This document shows, one piece after another, positions 1 to 12,716 of a stretch of 64,000 bases of DNA. Location of the stretch: contig CATNEN010000001.1 of the NCBI GenBank assembly GCA_950097015.1, positions 10,230,001 through 10,294,000 of the forward strand, read 5' to 3'. This DNA comes from Macrostomum hystrix. Taxonomy: Eukaryota > Animalia > Platyhelminthes. Positions within the stretch are counted from its first letter, which is position 1. Each line of letters opens with the position of its first letter. The translations under genes and the position numbers were made by a program. Below the pieces are notes generated by a model, which was not told where the DNA came from, searched no databases, and saw only the letters and a program-made list of their open reading frames with translations.

Positions 1-589
1 GTGTTTAACATTTTTCTAAATGTGTTTAACATTTTTCTAAACAAAAAGCAACAAATAAGGGGAATTAGGGGGGAATTAGTTCTCTGCTGCTGGGGGGAAT
101 TAGGGGGGAATTAGTTCTCTGCTGCTGGGGCGGAATTAGGGGGGAATTAGTTCTCTGCTGCTTAGGGGAATTAGGGGGGAATTAATTCTCTGCTGCTGAG
201 GGGAATTAGGGGGGAATTAGTTCTATGCTGCTTGGGGGAATTAGGGGGGAATTAGTTCTCTGCTGCTGGGGCGGAATTGGGGGGGAATTAGTTCTCTGCT
301 GCTGGGGCGGAATTAGGGGGGAATTAGTTCTCTGCTGCTGGGGCGGAATTAGGGGAGAATTAATTCTCTGCTGCTGAGGGGAATTAGGGGGAAATTAGTT
401 CTCTGCAGCTGGGGGACATTAGTTTTTTATTGCTGAGGGGATAGTATTCACTTGTACCTCAGTAGCATTATTACTGACGAAATGAGTTTTCGTTTTTGTT
501 TGCTTTTATGTGTGTTTTGTCCTTCTGCATTGCACAAGATTTTTTTGTCTGACCAGTAGTGCTCCCCGAAGGGGGGCAAAACATGCTAG
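1..589 (+). mobile_element. 3' portion of a non-autonomous Helitron-like element carrying internal minisatellites
   Basis: Ends in GC hairpin gctcccc-gaa-ggggggc (561-577) then CTAG (586-589) followed by T, the canonical Helitron 3' end. Same repeats and 3' unique tail as 22090-23139. Confidence 0.7.
56..418. repeat. Minisatellite (ttagttctctgctgctggggggaa / ttaggggggaa units)
   Basis: Direct tandem units visible; related unit at 22130-22790. Confidence 0.9.
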
Positions 590-1343
590 TATTATTCTAA
601 TACTAAGACTTATTAAGATAAGCATAAACTCTGTAGCCTATGTAAAAAGACTTGGATAGCTCACTATTTATGATACACTGAAACTTATAGGGGGCCTACT
701 CTTAGAGGTCTACATTTTAATACCTAAATGGAATGTGGGTGCATTAATTTAGTGATGATCATAGCAGGTCACATATTAGCTATGAGCCAAGCTGACAAGT
801 AAGGACAGTGGCACTGGGTTGAGAGCAGTAGATTCATATTGTTTGAGTTAAACACTTCGATTGTGCAAGTCAAACATAAAACAAACAACAGACTCATACT
901 GCCTCCCCAAGCCTGTGATTAGCAGTAACACTTGTCCAGCTCTGCAATTTACTTCATATTGTATTCTGCTAAATTTCAATATTCTCCGCTTTCACATTGC
1001 CTCGCTTTTATACTGTGAAACAAGCAATTTATAACTTGATGTACCGTTTCTTCATAGAAATTGACCGCCAAACGTTAATTTAAATGGTCCCTCATCAAAA
1101 CATACGGCGTAGAAACCATCTTTCCTAGAAAGCAAGTCGTTTCATAACGTAACTGTTGTTGCTCGGTCTTAAAATATTCGAATGTTACATATAGTTGAGT
1201 ATTTATAGTCGATTATTAGTTGATTATTATTAGTTGATTATATAGTTGAATATTATATTGAATATTATATATTCAATTAAATATTTATAATTGAATTAAT
1301 TAATTCAAAGTCCGCAGACTCAGCCGAAGTTTGCTTAGATTGC

Positions 1344-2408
1344 TTAATGATTCTTAGAGTCGATAATTCTGCTGGTTTTATTCACGGTTCTGGTTTCAAT
1401 CATTTTATTTTTTAAAAAATATTTTTTTTCTGTGTGATGTGGAATCACTAGAAGCTCAGCCCTTGTGAATGATCGTGTGGGGGCTTTTGAATTAAAGTCT
1501 TGGGATAGAAAATAGTAATCACTGGATGCTGATGTGAAATGCCTGTTTATCTTATGCACATCAAGACTAAAGTATGGGTCTGTTGCTCTTCTCTTTGTGT
1601 CCTTCTCCAGCTCTCCTGGTAAGTAAAGGAAGCAAACGAATTCAGAGTTAGTAAGAATTTCCGGGGAATAAACGCTTGGGAGCTTTGGAATTGGGAATTG
1701 GGAGATCGGATGTTTTGATTTAACTGTGTCTTGTTTGATGGCAGTATTTGGTTTCAGGCTTGTCATTTGAGATACTTTATTGTTCAGTTGACTTATTACT
1801 GCGGGGAGTCTTTCTGTCCACTTGGTATAGTATTGGCCACTTTTTAGTTTCAGCTCTTCAGCTGTCTGATTTGTGAAAAGTCTCTTTGCTAGAGTTAGAT
1901 TGAATCTTTCAACAAATGCCTGGTCTCTATGAAGCTCAGTTCTTCCGTAGCGCATTTTTGTATTGTTCTTTTCTATAAGGGATTTGACTGCACCCATTAA
2001 TTATTTGCCTGGATCAGTCATAAAGGTTTGGGGGTATGTGAGCGGTGAGTTTTTGTAAATGTCTTGGAGGGCAGCTGCAACTGCTTCTAACTTCTTAGTC
2101 TTAAGCAGTCTCGCTTCCTTATATCTGGAGGCAATGTCTATAACTGTGAGCGCATACTTGTAGCCTGAGTCATTGGGGAGAAACAGAAGATCTGCTTGGT
2201 GCGCTTTATTAGGTTTATAGATGTTAAGGTGAGGTCTTGTAAATTTAACAGGTGGAAAATAGACTTGGTAAACGCGTTGCTTAGAGAGCCATCTTTCAAC
2301 TGTTTGTTTTGATTCATTACTTAGTTCCGCGAGTTTGGTGACTGCATTTTTTCCTACAAAGAATCCTTTGTTGCTGTAGTAGAGCTTTTGAAGTTTCTGA
2401 TCTGCCAT
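1344..2408 (-). pseudogene. Polinton/Maverick (adintovirus-type) retroviral-like integrase with one in-frame stop
   Basis: ORFs 2001-2408 and 1344-1997 are in frame across TAA (TDPGK*LMG; usually D-x-G-x-E-F). Motifs HQADL, YALTVIDIASRY, QAFVERFNLTL, and Polinton-type ends LYYSNKG..WLSKQ and YLPGELE..RRATDP. Confidence 0.85.
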
Positions 2409-2434
2409 TATTTTTTATATAATTTTTTATAAAA

Positions 2435-2873
2435 ATGATGCAATGCTCTGGTGGAAACTTAGACTCACATGGACTGGTAGAAAAGCTTCCTCATCCAAAC
2501 AAAGGCTGGACAATTCCCGGCTACAAATATTGCGGACCTTTGAATCCGCTTGAAATACAGCTAGATAAAAACAATAATCCAAATCCTGGGCATGAGCCCG
2601 TGAACGAGCTAGACTGTCTATATGTGGCATGATATTAAGTATAGGGACTTTCCAGAGAAGACTCGCTGGGACAAAGAAATGCTCAGAATGCTAGACAATA
2701 TGGGGGCTTCAAGCGGGTGGAGGGAATCAATCGCTCGAAAGCTAGTTAAAGCTGTTATTTTTGGTAAGACAAAGTTGGGGTTGGGGATTGGCAGGGTGGG
2801 CTTTGTATTGAATGCTCCAAGTAAAGAACTTGGAGCTCTGCTGAAAGAGCTGGGGGTTGAGAGAGCAGAATGA
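2435..2873 (+). pseudogene. Parvovirus-like phospholipase A2 (adintovirus PLA2X-like), frameshifted
   Basis: IPGYKYCGPLN Ca-loop and EPVNELD in 2435-2632; catalytic WHDIKY in the overlapping frame 2622-2873. Divergent from the integrase across 26 bp. Confidence 0.8.
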
Positions 2874-3004
2874 TTCAAGCAAAAAAACTCTGCTCATTAA
2901 CTCTTCAAAAAATGGAAGAAAACAAATGTTTAACCCAAAGATGGTAAAGAGTGATTCCATTTTTCAAAAGATGGTATTTTCTATTTATTAGGAAACAATC
3001 AAAG

Positions 3005-3349
3005 TTAAGTCATTGTTGATGAAACTGAGTTCATTTTTGTTGTTGTTGAGCCACGACTTAGCGAGGAATTCGCGATTCTTGTGGTTGGACTCAGCATACG
3101 ATTTTCTTGATATTCTTCGACTTGTCTACTGTAATTAGCCAACCTTTTTCTATATGTCTCGTATGTGGTTAGAGTCTTTAGGAAAGTAATCGTGTTCTTG
3201 ATTATTTCCTCTTCCTGAGCAAGAATCTGGTTGTCTGCAATGTTGGCGAATAGCGTTTTTGATTTAAGTCTTTGAAGACGCCCGGAACTCGAAGTCAACT
3301 GCATTTGTGCTGCCGCCTTTTGAGTTTGTAACATTGCGAATCCTGTCAT
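3005..3349 (-). CDS. Hypothetical 114-aa intronless ORF, possibly part of the Polinton fragment
   Basis: ATG-initiated ORF of non-repetitive composition next to the PLA2 gene; no recognisable motif. Confidence 0.3.
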   Translation of the reverse strand: MTGFAMLQTQKAAAQMQLTSSSGRLQRLKSKTLFANIADNQILAQEEEIIKNTITFLKTLTTYETYRKRLANYSRQVEEYQENRMLSPTTRIANSSLSRGSTTTKMNSVSSTMT

Positions 3350-4312
3350 TTTCCAGTGTGTTTTCAGAGAAGCGTAGAAAAGCTAGATTGAATAAAACCT
3401 CAGAGTAAAAATGCGTTCCCCTTTAAGTATGCTTACGAAGAATAGTGGTATGAAAAAATGCGCGCATGAGAACTCACTGTGTGTACTCAAATTCACTTAC
3501 CCCATTCTGACAGTTTAAAAAGTTTTGCAAAGTTCTGACAACTGTCACCCTAAGATATTTGTCACCCTAAAATGCTTTGTTTCCTATAGGTAGTATTAGA
3601 TTAATATTATGAACATTGATATCAAAGTCAGGCATGTACTCGCAGCATTCTAGTTTGCATTGGTACTTAAGCTCGTGCCTTTTTGTAATCTGGAGAGAAC
3701 ATTTTTAATGAGAATTTTAATGAGACTTTATTTACTATTTACCAAAGCCTACTTTACTCAATGTTAAAGTTAATTATATTGGTAGTGCATGTCAAATATT
3801 ACATTGTTTATTATTTCTTTCTGGCACACAGAGCCACCTTTCTGACTCTGGAAGTAGGCTGAGAGGCTACCATAGTCCGGATCATGTAGTATACGCCCGA
3901 AAATTCGGGCATGCATTTGCTTTGCACGCCAAAGTTGGCGTGCATAGTTGGCGTGCAATGGCACACACACTAAAAGTTGGCGTGCATTGGCGTATATTGC
4001 ATGCATCAATATAATTCTTAAAAATTTTCCGACTTTAAATACACATACGCTTACTTTTTTCATTACTTTTTTCAATTCAAATTGTTGTTTTCTTGCTCCT
4101 CAAAGTCGAGGAGCTGACATTGTCAGCTTCGTCCTTCCGACTTGTCGAACAGGCCTCACAGTTTAAGCACCTGCAGGACTTGGACAAGCGTCTGTCTCGA
4201 CTCTACGTCGCTTCGTACGTGAATGCCATTCACAAGACATTGCTGTCTGGCGACGGCCGCGAGGGCTGGTTAAACCCAGTTGTCAGCGGCGAGATTGTCA
4301 GTCTGAAGCGCG

Positions 4313-7300
4313 CCATAGTCCGGATCATGTCGTTTACGCCGGAGATCTCCGGCGTAAATCTGGTTTGGGATCGGAGGCTGGCGTAAGTGCTTGGCGTAAG
4401 TATAGGCCAAAATGTGCCTTGGCGTAAATGCTTGGCGTAAGTATAGGCCAAAATGTGCCTTGGCGTAAGTGCTTGGCGTAAGTACATGGCATAAATCAAG
4501 TGGCGTAAATGTTAGCACAAATGAGATCATTCACGATCAAATGTATCACTATAGAACATAACACATTTGCGTTAATTATGATGTTAAGGAGCAGCATTAA
4601 AACAAAGTTCATTAAAATATTGCAGTTCGTATAAATGAGATAGCAGAATATCTATTGTAGGATAGCAAAAGTTTTTTTAGCTTTAAGATGCTTACTTTGA
4701 TACTTGATTCAGAATTAGCAACTTGTGAGATTTTTAAACAGTTGCAACTTCTGAATTTAATTAATCACCGATTAATTGTGAATCATCTATTCTATTGTGA
4801 AGCTTCTTTCATCAGTGAATCTAATCAGTAAATCAAAATCAGATGGAGATGGAGTCGGAGATGGAGTCGGAGTCGGAGATTGAGATTGGGAGTGAAGCAG
4901 CAGCAGGTTCAGGACTGCAACCAGGTATGCAAATTTTATCTATCTTCTATCTATCTAGTATAAGTATAATCAAATCATTCGATTCAATCTATATTGACAA
5001 TTGACATATTGTATTGTATTCAGTATTATTGTATATATCACTAGTATATATAAAAAAATATATATTATATGTTTCAATTGTTTGATAGGGTTAAAGAATC
5101 AATGATTCTTTATTGATTTGCTCTCTACTGTCTCTATTCGACTTAGTTAGTTCGAATATATCTATTTAAAACTTGTCCTAAACCCTGGATATTCAAAATT
5201 TCTATTTAGATAGAAGAATGAAAAATGTAGACTTTATATAAAAATTATAAAATAGTTATATCTTTGAATCCTTCAAAGGGACAAAGAAAGGGTATATACA
5301 TTACTTTTTTATCAAATAGTGGCAAAAAGTTATTAATGTTATTTATGCAAGCTGCAAGCAATGAAAAAAGAGGAAATACCTAGCAAAATAATGGTTTACA
5401 ATTTTTCAATTGAAATCCATACCCCTAAATTTATCTACAAAAACTTCAATACCCTTCCTTTTTCACTTTTTCTTAACATTTTATATTTTTGTTATATATC
5501 ATTAGCAAGCCTCATCTCATCATCTGATCTATTAGGCAATTTCTTTCACTTTTATGCAATTGATTTTATAAAACTCTATTTCAGTAACTTGTTTTTATTT
5601 TTATCTTATACTATTTATAGGAATCCAAGGAAATAGTCTAATTCTAAAGTCTTGCTTAGTTTTGAAGATTCGCTGTTTGGTTGATGATATGATATTGGTG
5701 TCTGACTGATAGATTGCCCTATGGCCTATTGACCTATTATGATGATGATTTATTAATTAATTAATATTAGTATCATTATCAATAACAATAAGCAGTTATA
5801 ATATATTGAGTAATGACTAGTAGTCAAATTATAGTGCTATATCATATCTCACTGATGTCATATATTTACTCAAGTTACTCCTTATAATTTCCTTAATTCA
5901 CACTCATAGGGGCCTCAACATCTGCCAAGCCTGCCAAAGTGAATCCATGGACATCACTAATGGCAATTATGACAGGTCAGGTCCAGCCTAGGCCCAGTGG
6001 TTCTGCCCAGGCTAGGCCTAGTGGTTCTGCCTCTCAAGCTACTTCAGGTGAGCCACCAATGAAGAAGCACAAGGCCTTTGACAGCCATCAACGGTCAAAG
6101 ACTGAACATTATTGTCTGACCTGTCTGCAGGCTAACAATGAGTTAAGATTCTGCATCATTGGTCGCAATGATGAGACTACACGGAAGCGCCATGTTAGTA
6201 GGTATGTTGTTTGGTAAATAATGTAATATTTCTATTGTTTTTTAACCCATATATTGTCACATATACATATTCTATGTACTGGCATTAGACATTAGGCATT
6301 AGCTGTGTCTATTTCAAAGGTCTTCATTTATCTGAACTGTGACATTGCCATACAGCAGAATGGACAGTGTCTAGAAAAGCTAGTGAGAGCTAACTAAAGA
6401 CAGTTAAGCTAGCGACTCACCACATTATGCTACCTTCATTTATCATTGTCAGGTGGCACCAGAAGCAAGACACTAAGCCGCATTTTGTTCGGCCTGACAC
6501 ACCTGAGGTTTGCCATCTTCTGGGCCTGAGGCGGCAGCAGGAGAAGGCGCAGGAGGAACTGCCAGTGCAGGCGCACCCACCACTGGCACACGTTGAGCCA
6601 CTGCCCACGCCGCTGCAAGGGCAGCCACTGCTGCCACAACCACAGGAGGAGCCACTGCAGTCGCAGGAGGAGCCACAGCCGGAACTGTCGAAGGGACTGG
6701 CACAATCACTGGAGGCACCACCGCAGTCGCAGGAGGAGCTGCATTTATTGCTCAGCAACAACAGTGACCTGAGCTTTGCTGCTTCAATGTCGACGCCACA
6801 GCTGTGTGATCCCATGGGGGGGTGCTTCTTCAATGCCAGGCGCAGCCTCTGCAGACACCTCAGAGCAATCTGCTCCCAATAGCAGGCTTGAGCGAAAGAT
6901 CGACAATCTCACTAAGATGTTCAGCACATTCATACTCTCGCGTCCAGTGACCAACAAGGCCGGTGATGTGGGCTCGTCAATTCCAATGCCGACGATTGCC
7001 GCCAAAAACATGGCGGAGCTCCTGGCTTGCAAATACATCGAGTCGGCTCCGAGTGGAGAGGACACGATTGTGTACTGTGCCCCCTGCCTACAGCACAGCC
7101 TGCAGCAGCGGCCGAGCAAGGTTCCGCAGAAGTACTCCGTGGCAGAAATTCACCGTGTCCTGTGAGTTTAAAACTGGTATTAGTATCAATAAATAATATA
7201 TGGCTCAATAGGATACATCATACGGAGTTTTAACCGGATGTCTGTAAACTTTTAGATAGGTTGCATAGGAAGTTTTAAATCCACACATGCACAGCAGCTT

Positions 7301-10300
7301 ATTTAGTCACCTAATTGCTTTCTGTCAGGAATCCCAACATATCTGGCAGCCTAGCGACTGGCCTTCGTGTCAGTGCGGAGAGGATGACCGAGCTGCTTGC
7401 TGGCGGAATGGAGTTCACTCGATTTCGTTACCTTGTGGCGAAGCATTTGTCCATTGATACGGTTACTCATGTGACTGCTGTTGCGCAGTTTGAGGTGCGG
7501 GAAGCACAGCAGATACGCAGCTCAGCAGTTGTGCGCAACCTTCTGCGGTGTGCCATCACCGACATCGAGGTCGCTGCTGGTGGCTGCCACTTCGAGACCC
7601 AAGTTTCTCTGCTGGCAGCAAGCGGAGCGGATGTTGGCAGTATCTGCCATGGAGCGTAAGTGACTGCAATTGAAACAGGAAGAAATTAAAATAATCTAAT
7701 GTTGGAAACGCTATGCATCCATTCTCCCACTTTCATCTCCTGTCAGAGACTTCGGCCGAGAAATGTGGCAGCTGCTTGAAGTCTGTGTCGACCGCAGCAC
7801 CATGCAGTTCCTCCACCGTCCCCTTCCGTCTACTGGGCTGCCACCATGCTACTGCATCACCTGCGACAAGAGCACCCCTGGTGAGGGACAACTTCCCGGT
7901 GTAGATGAAAGTTCTTGTTGTTAACCTGCTTAGCCTACATTACCTAAACTTTAGCCTAAACTGCGCGACTAACTGGCATATTTAGGTACGTTAGCTTATA
8001 ACATCGAGAGTAAAATAATATGATCGGATGCTCTGTTGCTTCAATCACAGGTCGAGTCACCAACCAGGCCGTCCTGCTTCTGGCCAGGTGTGAATCCGGT
8101 GTGGCAGTTGCCATTCCCGGAGGTGCTCCCGTTGTGTATGAGGGCGACATGGACGGCTCGGGTGACACACTTGTTAAGCGCATTTTTGCTGGTCTAGCTC
8201 ACTTCAAGCTTCCTCTGGGTCATCTGGTGGGCATCGTCGCTGATGGCCAGTACCAGACCGCCCCATTCAGAGCTGCAATCGAAGAGAAGCTGAAGTCCTC
8301 TGGAGCGGGCAGCTCTGTACCTATTGTGTGGGACGCCGCACATTTCCTAAATTTGGCGGTCACTGACGTGCGCGATGGACCGGAGGGCCGGCCGCTGCGC
8401 CGATTTATTCAGCGAGCTAACCAGTTCGCCCATCTGTTTGCACGTGGTCGCGGATTTGCTGCCCTGCAGGTTAGGAAATATTGCGTAACAAAATATGCAA
8501 CATCTTGTGCTCACCATTTATTCTGCTTTATGCTTGTCCTCCACTCGTTCAGGAAGCCTCGGAGTCCCAGGCCCGCGTAATTCCGACCTTCGCATTACAA
8601 CGCTTTGTCAGCTCTGCGATGAAGCAGTGGGACGCGATCGCAGAGTCGTTTGGCGAGCTGCATGCGGCCTTCCGCAGCGAGAACCCGAATTGCAGCGACA
8701 CGGAGACACTGCAGTACGAATTGTTTGGAAGTGATTTTGTTGTCGACCTGCTCTGCCTCCTGGACCTGCTCGCTCCACTGAGAGCCCTGATGACGCTTGT
8801 CCAGGATAGCCAGCTTCCGCATTGGAAAGTGGCTACCTTGTGGGAGTCAGTTGCAGAGTTCCTCCGCGTCCGGGGTGAGCGTTTTTGCAGGGAGGATTAT
8901 CCGCGCTACGATCGCTGTGCCGACGACATTCGTCCCGATGGCAAGTTTGCAGGCGTGAACTTGCTGGAAGGCTGGCTGGTCGAGGCTGCAGCTGATACTG
9001 CGGATAAAGCTAAAGCGGATACTGCAGCTGCGGGTGGCAGCAAGAAGCGAGGTCGACCACCTCCAGTTGACTGGCGACTTCGGGATCAGCAGGTAAGCTC
9101 CATGGAGGAGGCATTATGTCCCGGCTCTGCCTCACACCAACGCCCCTCTTTCATAACAGGACATCGAAGACGACATCCAACGTCTCGCGTCTGCCCTGCA
9201 TCGCAGCTTCGTCGGCCGTATACGGCAGTGCCTGGGGGTGGAGCAGGCGGACTGCGCGTCGCTCGATGCCGCCAATGCGCTGGTCATGCTGACTTCAGAC
9301 GATGTGGATGTGCAGGTCGAGCTGGCCAGCTCGTCGGAATCGTGCCACCGGCTCGTCGCTCAGGCTTCGTGCTTTGAGCACCTACACGGCCTGGACCCTC
9401 GATTGTCACGGAAGTATGTCGCGGCGTTTATTTCCACCGTCCACCAGGTAATGAGCGAAGTGAATACCTGTTTTGGAATCCTATCTTTTATCCATAAAGC
9501 AGAAGCTGACTAACTGCAACTTGTTACTAATCAAGTGAAAGGAGTAAACTTTTTCATAACGTTTTCCTTTGTAATACAAGTCAACTTTGCCAGGTCATTC
9601 TGACGGGCGACGGCCGCCAAGGCTGGCTGGAGCCGGATATAGACGGCCCCATTATGCGCCTCTCTCGCGCCCCACCAGGTTCCCCGGCAGACCTCACCCT
9701 GCGCCTGTCTGGAACGACGAGTACTGGGCAGAAGTTTACAGCTACTGTCAACGAGGCGGCAATCTATCGGTCGTTCTATTTGGACCCACGCGTCTTTGGT
9801 CTTGCTGGTCAGTCAACCTGTGCGCTGCTTGACTTTGCACTTCATCGCGGTGGCACCGGTAGGAAGCGCTTTCATTTAGAACGATATATATTAAGGTTTC
9901 AGAACAGTAACTAAATCTCAAAACTCTTAAGCACTGTAATAATTTACACAAAGCCTATAAAACAGCTCCCATTTTTTCAATTCCAGAGGCAATAGTCGAG
10001 TCGTTCTATTCGACCATGTGGTCGCAACAGCAGTAGGGTGGCCAGAGCAACACGACCCTCGAGCTCCGGACGAAGCTTCGTTGGATGCTGCCGCCCATCG
10101 GTAGTGAAGCATGCGAGCGACTCCTGAACAAAGCTGCCCAGCTGTACCACGCTGGGGATAGCCAGCGGGGCATCCGCGCGCACCGGGCTCCACTTTTTAC
10201 GGATCGTCGGGCAACGAAGTATGTCGTCAGTAAAGTGGTCGACAAGCGGAAGTTTAAGACTTCCTGCCGCTGCCCCTTCATCGGCGACCATCATTCTGCT

Positions 10301-10780
10301 TGACTTGAAAAACTAATTGTGTGCATGTGCTGTGTGAGAGATACAATTCAGACTACTGACAACAGTAGAAAAGCAAGGACTTGGCTGCAAAACTCTCACA
10401 TAACACTAAAAAAATATCGCTATGAAAATGGCAAGATTAAGAGACTTCTGTGCACAGTGGTGGGAGAGGACTGCATGTGGCTATGGCTGACTGACGAAGG
10501 CAAACAAGCCAGAAACCGGTCTCGGTCTGCCAGCGCGAGGTTCGTTCCCCACTTTTAGTGTGTTACATGCTGGTTAGAGTGAGAGAGACATCCATGTAAT
10601 AGTCAAGGGCAGCAAGCAAGGAGGCCGATAAAGAGACATGGATTAACAAGAATTGTGAAGGACCTTTTTTGGGTGGCGTAAGTCAGAGGGACCTTTTTTT
10701 GGTTGGCGTAAGTCTGGCGTAAGTGCCAAAAAATGTTGGATTTTTCTTCCGGCGTAAGTCCAGCATGATCCGGACTATGG
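4313..10780 (+). mobile_element. hAT-superfamily DNA transposon, autonomous size
   Basis: Perfect 17-bp TIRs CCATAGTCCGGATCATG (4313-4329 / 10764-10780). Perfect 8-bp TSD GAAGCGCG (4305-4312 / 10781-10788). TGGCGTAAG subterminal repeats at both ends. Confidence 0.92.
4843..10303 (+). pseudogene. hAT transposase, 10 exons (~1120 aa), with one frameshift and one premature stop
   Basis: Phase-compatible GT-AG exons 4843-4924, 5910-6201, 6453-7161, 7329-7655, 7747-7880, 8051-8469, 8553-9092, 9160-9447, 9594-9858, 9987-10303. N-terminal CxxC..H..H fingers; DDE motifs CDKST / ADGQY / TEAIVESFYS; hAT WDAAH motif. Frame change at G7 run 6816-6822; TAG at 10034-10036. Confidence 0.8.
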
Positions 10781-12283
10781 GAAGCGCGCCCCGTGCAAAT
10801 CTTTTTTTTTTGCGTGCATTATGGCCTAGACGAGCCAATTTTTTGGCGTGCAAAACTATTTTTTTGGCGTGCAGCCAGCACGATCGAGACTATGGGTAGG
10901 CTAGGTCTAAAGACTCACCAGTTCAACCAAATGAAATTAGTGACTGTGTTGCTTCATAAAAAGTTGCAGAGTTTGGTACACTGTTAAGCAAGAAATGCAA
11001 AGAAACTAGCAGCAGAACTTATCAAATAATAGTGAATATTATAGTCAGACAACTGTTTCTAATTTAATACACACTGGCACAACCTCTAACAAAATTTTGG
11101 ATTTACCTATCTTCAATTTAAACTAAATATGAGTAAAGTAAATGCCCATGGGCACTAACTATAGTACTGGTTTATTGCCTAGTTAACTAGTTTCTAACCT
11201 GCCAAAGGCCTGCCAAAGATAGTCAGATAATATTTCCTATTCAATACTAGCTATCTAGAGTAGAGTGTTATATTAAATCATATTAAACATTTAATTTTGC
11301 CATATAGTGACATATGTTATTTTCCAACTGACATTGTTTAGAAATTTATCGAGTTTTTAATTAGGCCCTACCTGCAGGCGCAGCTGAAACTTGTGCAAAC
11401 GACTCTGATTTGTCCAAAACTAAGTGAAGAGTGAAGTAAACAATACTAATATTTATCTTTTTAACCTTAATTACGATTTACGAAGAACGAAATTAGCTAC
11501 CAAAGTGGCAATACTCTAGAAAAAATAACAGTAATGTGGAATGATTCCAATTGGTACAATCTTGTACTTTTTTGTCCCGATTTAAATAGCTGCCTTTCAC
11601 TTTTGCAGTTCAATTTATAATTAAAATTTGAAAAAGCTAAAAACAACATGGCGGACAACTCCGACGAACATTCATCTAAAATTAATAAAAACACGCCAAT
11701 AAAAAAATCTGCAGAGCCTTCTTTATGTATATGTTTAAGAACTTAATTATTTGTTTTTTCAAAGCAGTATTAAGTAGCGTATACCTTTAATACGATTTTG
11801 TTTTTTTTTAACTTTTATGTTACGAGTTTACGTTACGGTTTACATACGTAAGTTGCGGGTAATATCGAGCCGATCTTCAAGAAAGGAAAACAATGTGTTT
11901 CGTAGCTAATTATTTGGATTACCTTGGTTTTTCGAGAATTTTTTAATTAAGACCTGAAATACCAGAAAGTCTCACGGTTTCCCTACTTTGTAGCAGAACA
12001 CGAAAGCTCAGACACTTTTATTTAAAAAATATATAATTTTTGTAGATGAATTAACTAAATCGATGTTTCAGTAGGTTGAACTCGTGCGATTATGCTGCTT
12101 TTTGCGACAGAATGCAATGACTTTGCATTAATTAGATTTATAAAATGGTCGATTATTTATCATGTTGATTTCTGTCGAAAAGGTTAAATGTTCCGGAAAC
12201 TTTATGTAACTCTAAACAAAGTAAAACATTTAGATACTCGTGTGAGGAATAGTAAGGCATTGCACTTCGTACCCTACAAAATT

Positions 12284-12617
12284 TGTTGTGGGTTTCGTTA
12301 CGATAATTCCGTAAATAGTTTTCCAGAACTTTCTACCACTTGTTATAACACTCTGTTGTTTCCAGAATCTTCTCTGCGCCTCCCCCGCGGGCTATCTATG
12401 AGAACTTTCTAGAAAGTTCTCCCACTCGCTCCCCAGGCTATAAATAGAAACCCCCGCGCGGTGCACACACTCAAAAAACCTTTCCAGTATTTAATAATAC
12501 TGCTGTTACAAATATACGCTTATCCAGTCGACTGCCGAGTGCTCCTTTCGGCGCTATACTTACATTTACCGACACTACAATTGGAATCTCTGTATTCGTT
12601 ACTTCAAGAATACAACA
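12284..12617 (+). repeat. 5' LTR (334 bp)
   Basis: tgttgtg...tacaaca; by eye differs from the 3' LTR by one T indel; TATAAA inside. Confidence 0.95.
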
Positions 12618-12626
12618 GGGATTTTC

Positions 12627-12644
12627 TGGCGTCGCAAGCAGGAT
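12627..12644 (+). promoter_or_regulatory. Primer binding site, probably tRNA-Ser type
   Basis: TGGCGTCGCAAGCAGGAT 9 nt after the 5' LTR; resembles the complement of tRNA-Ser 3' ends. Confidence 0.65.
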
Positions 12645-12716
12645 CTTGATCAACTTCGAGGACGTCTAATCTACAACGACTGTCACTATTGACCGAAGGA
12701 TCAAGCTACTACAATC

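Larger units (their letters stand above)
3870..10895 (+). mobile_element. Outer non-autonomous hAT element (internal-deletion derivative), interrupted by the inner hAT
   Basis: Left TIR ccatagtccggatcatg at 3870; right TIR cacgatcgagactatgg ending 10895. TTGGCGTGCA subterminal repeats at both ends. Flanks agaggcta/gtaggcta (6/8). Carries a transposase fragment at ~4105-4312. Confidence 0.75.
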
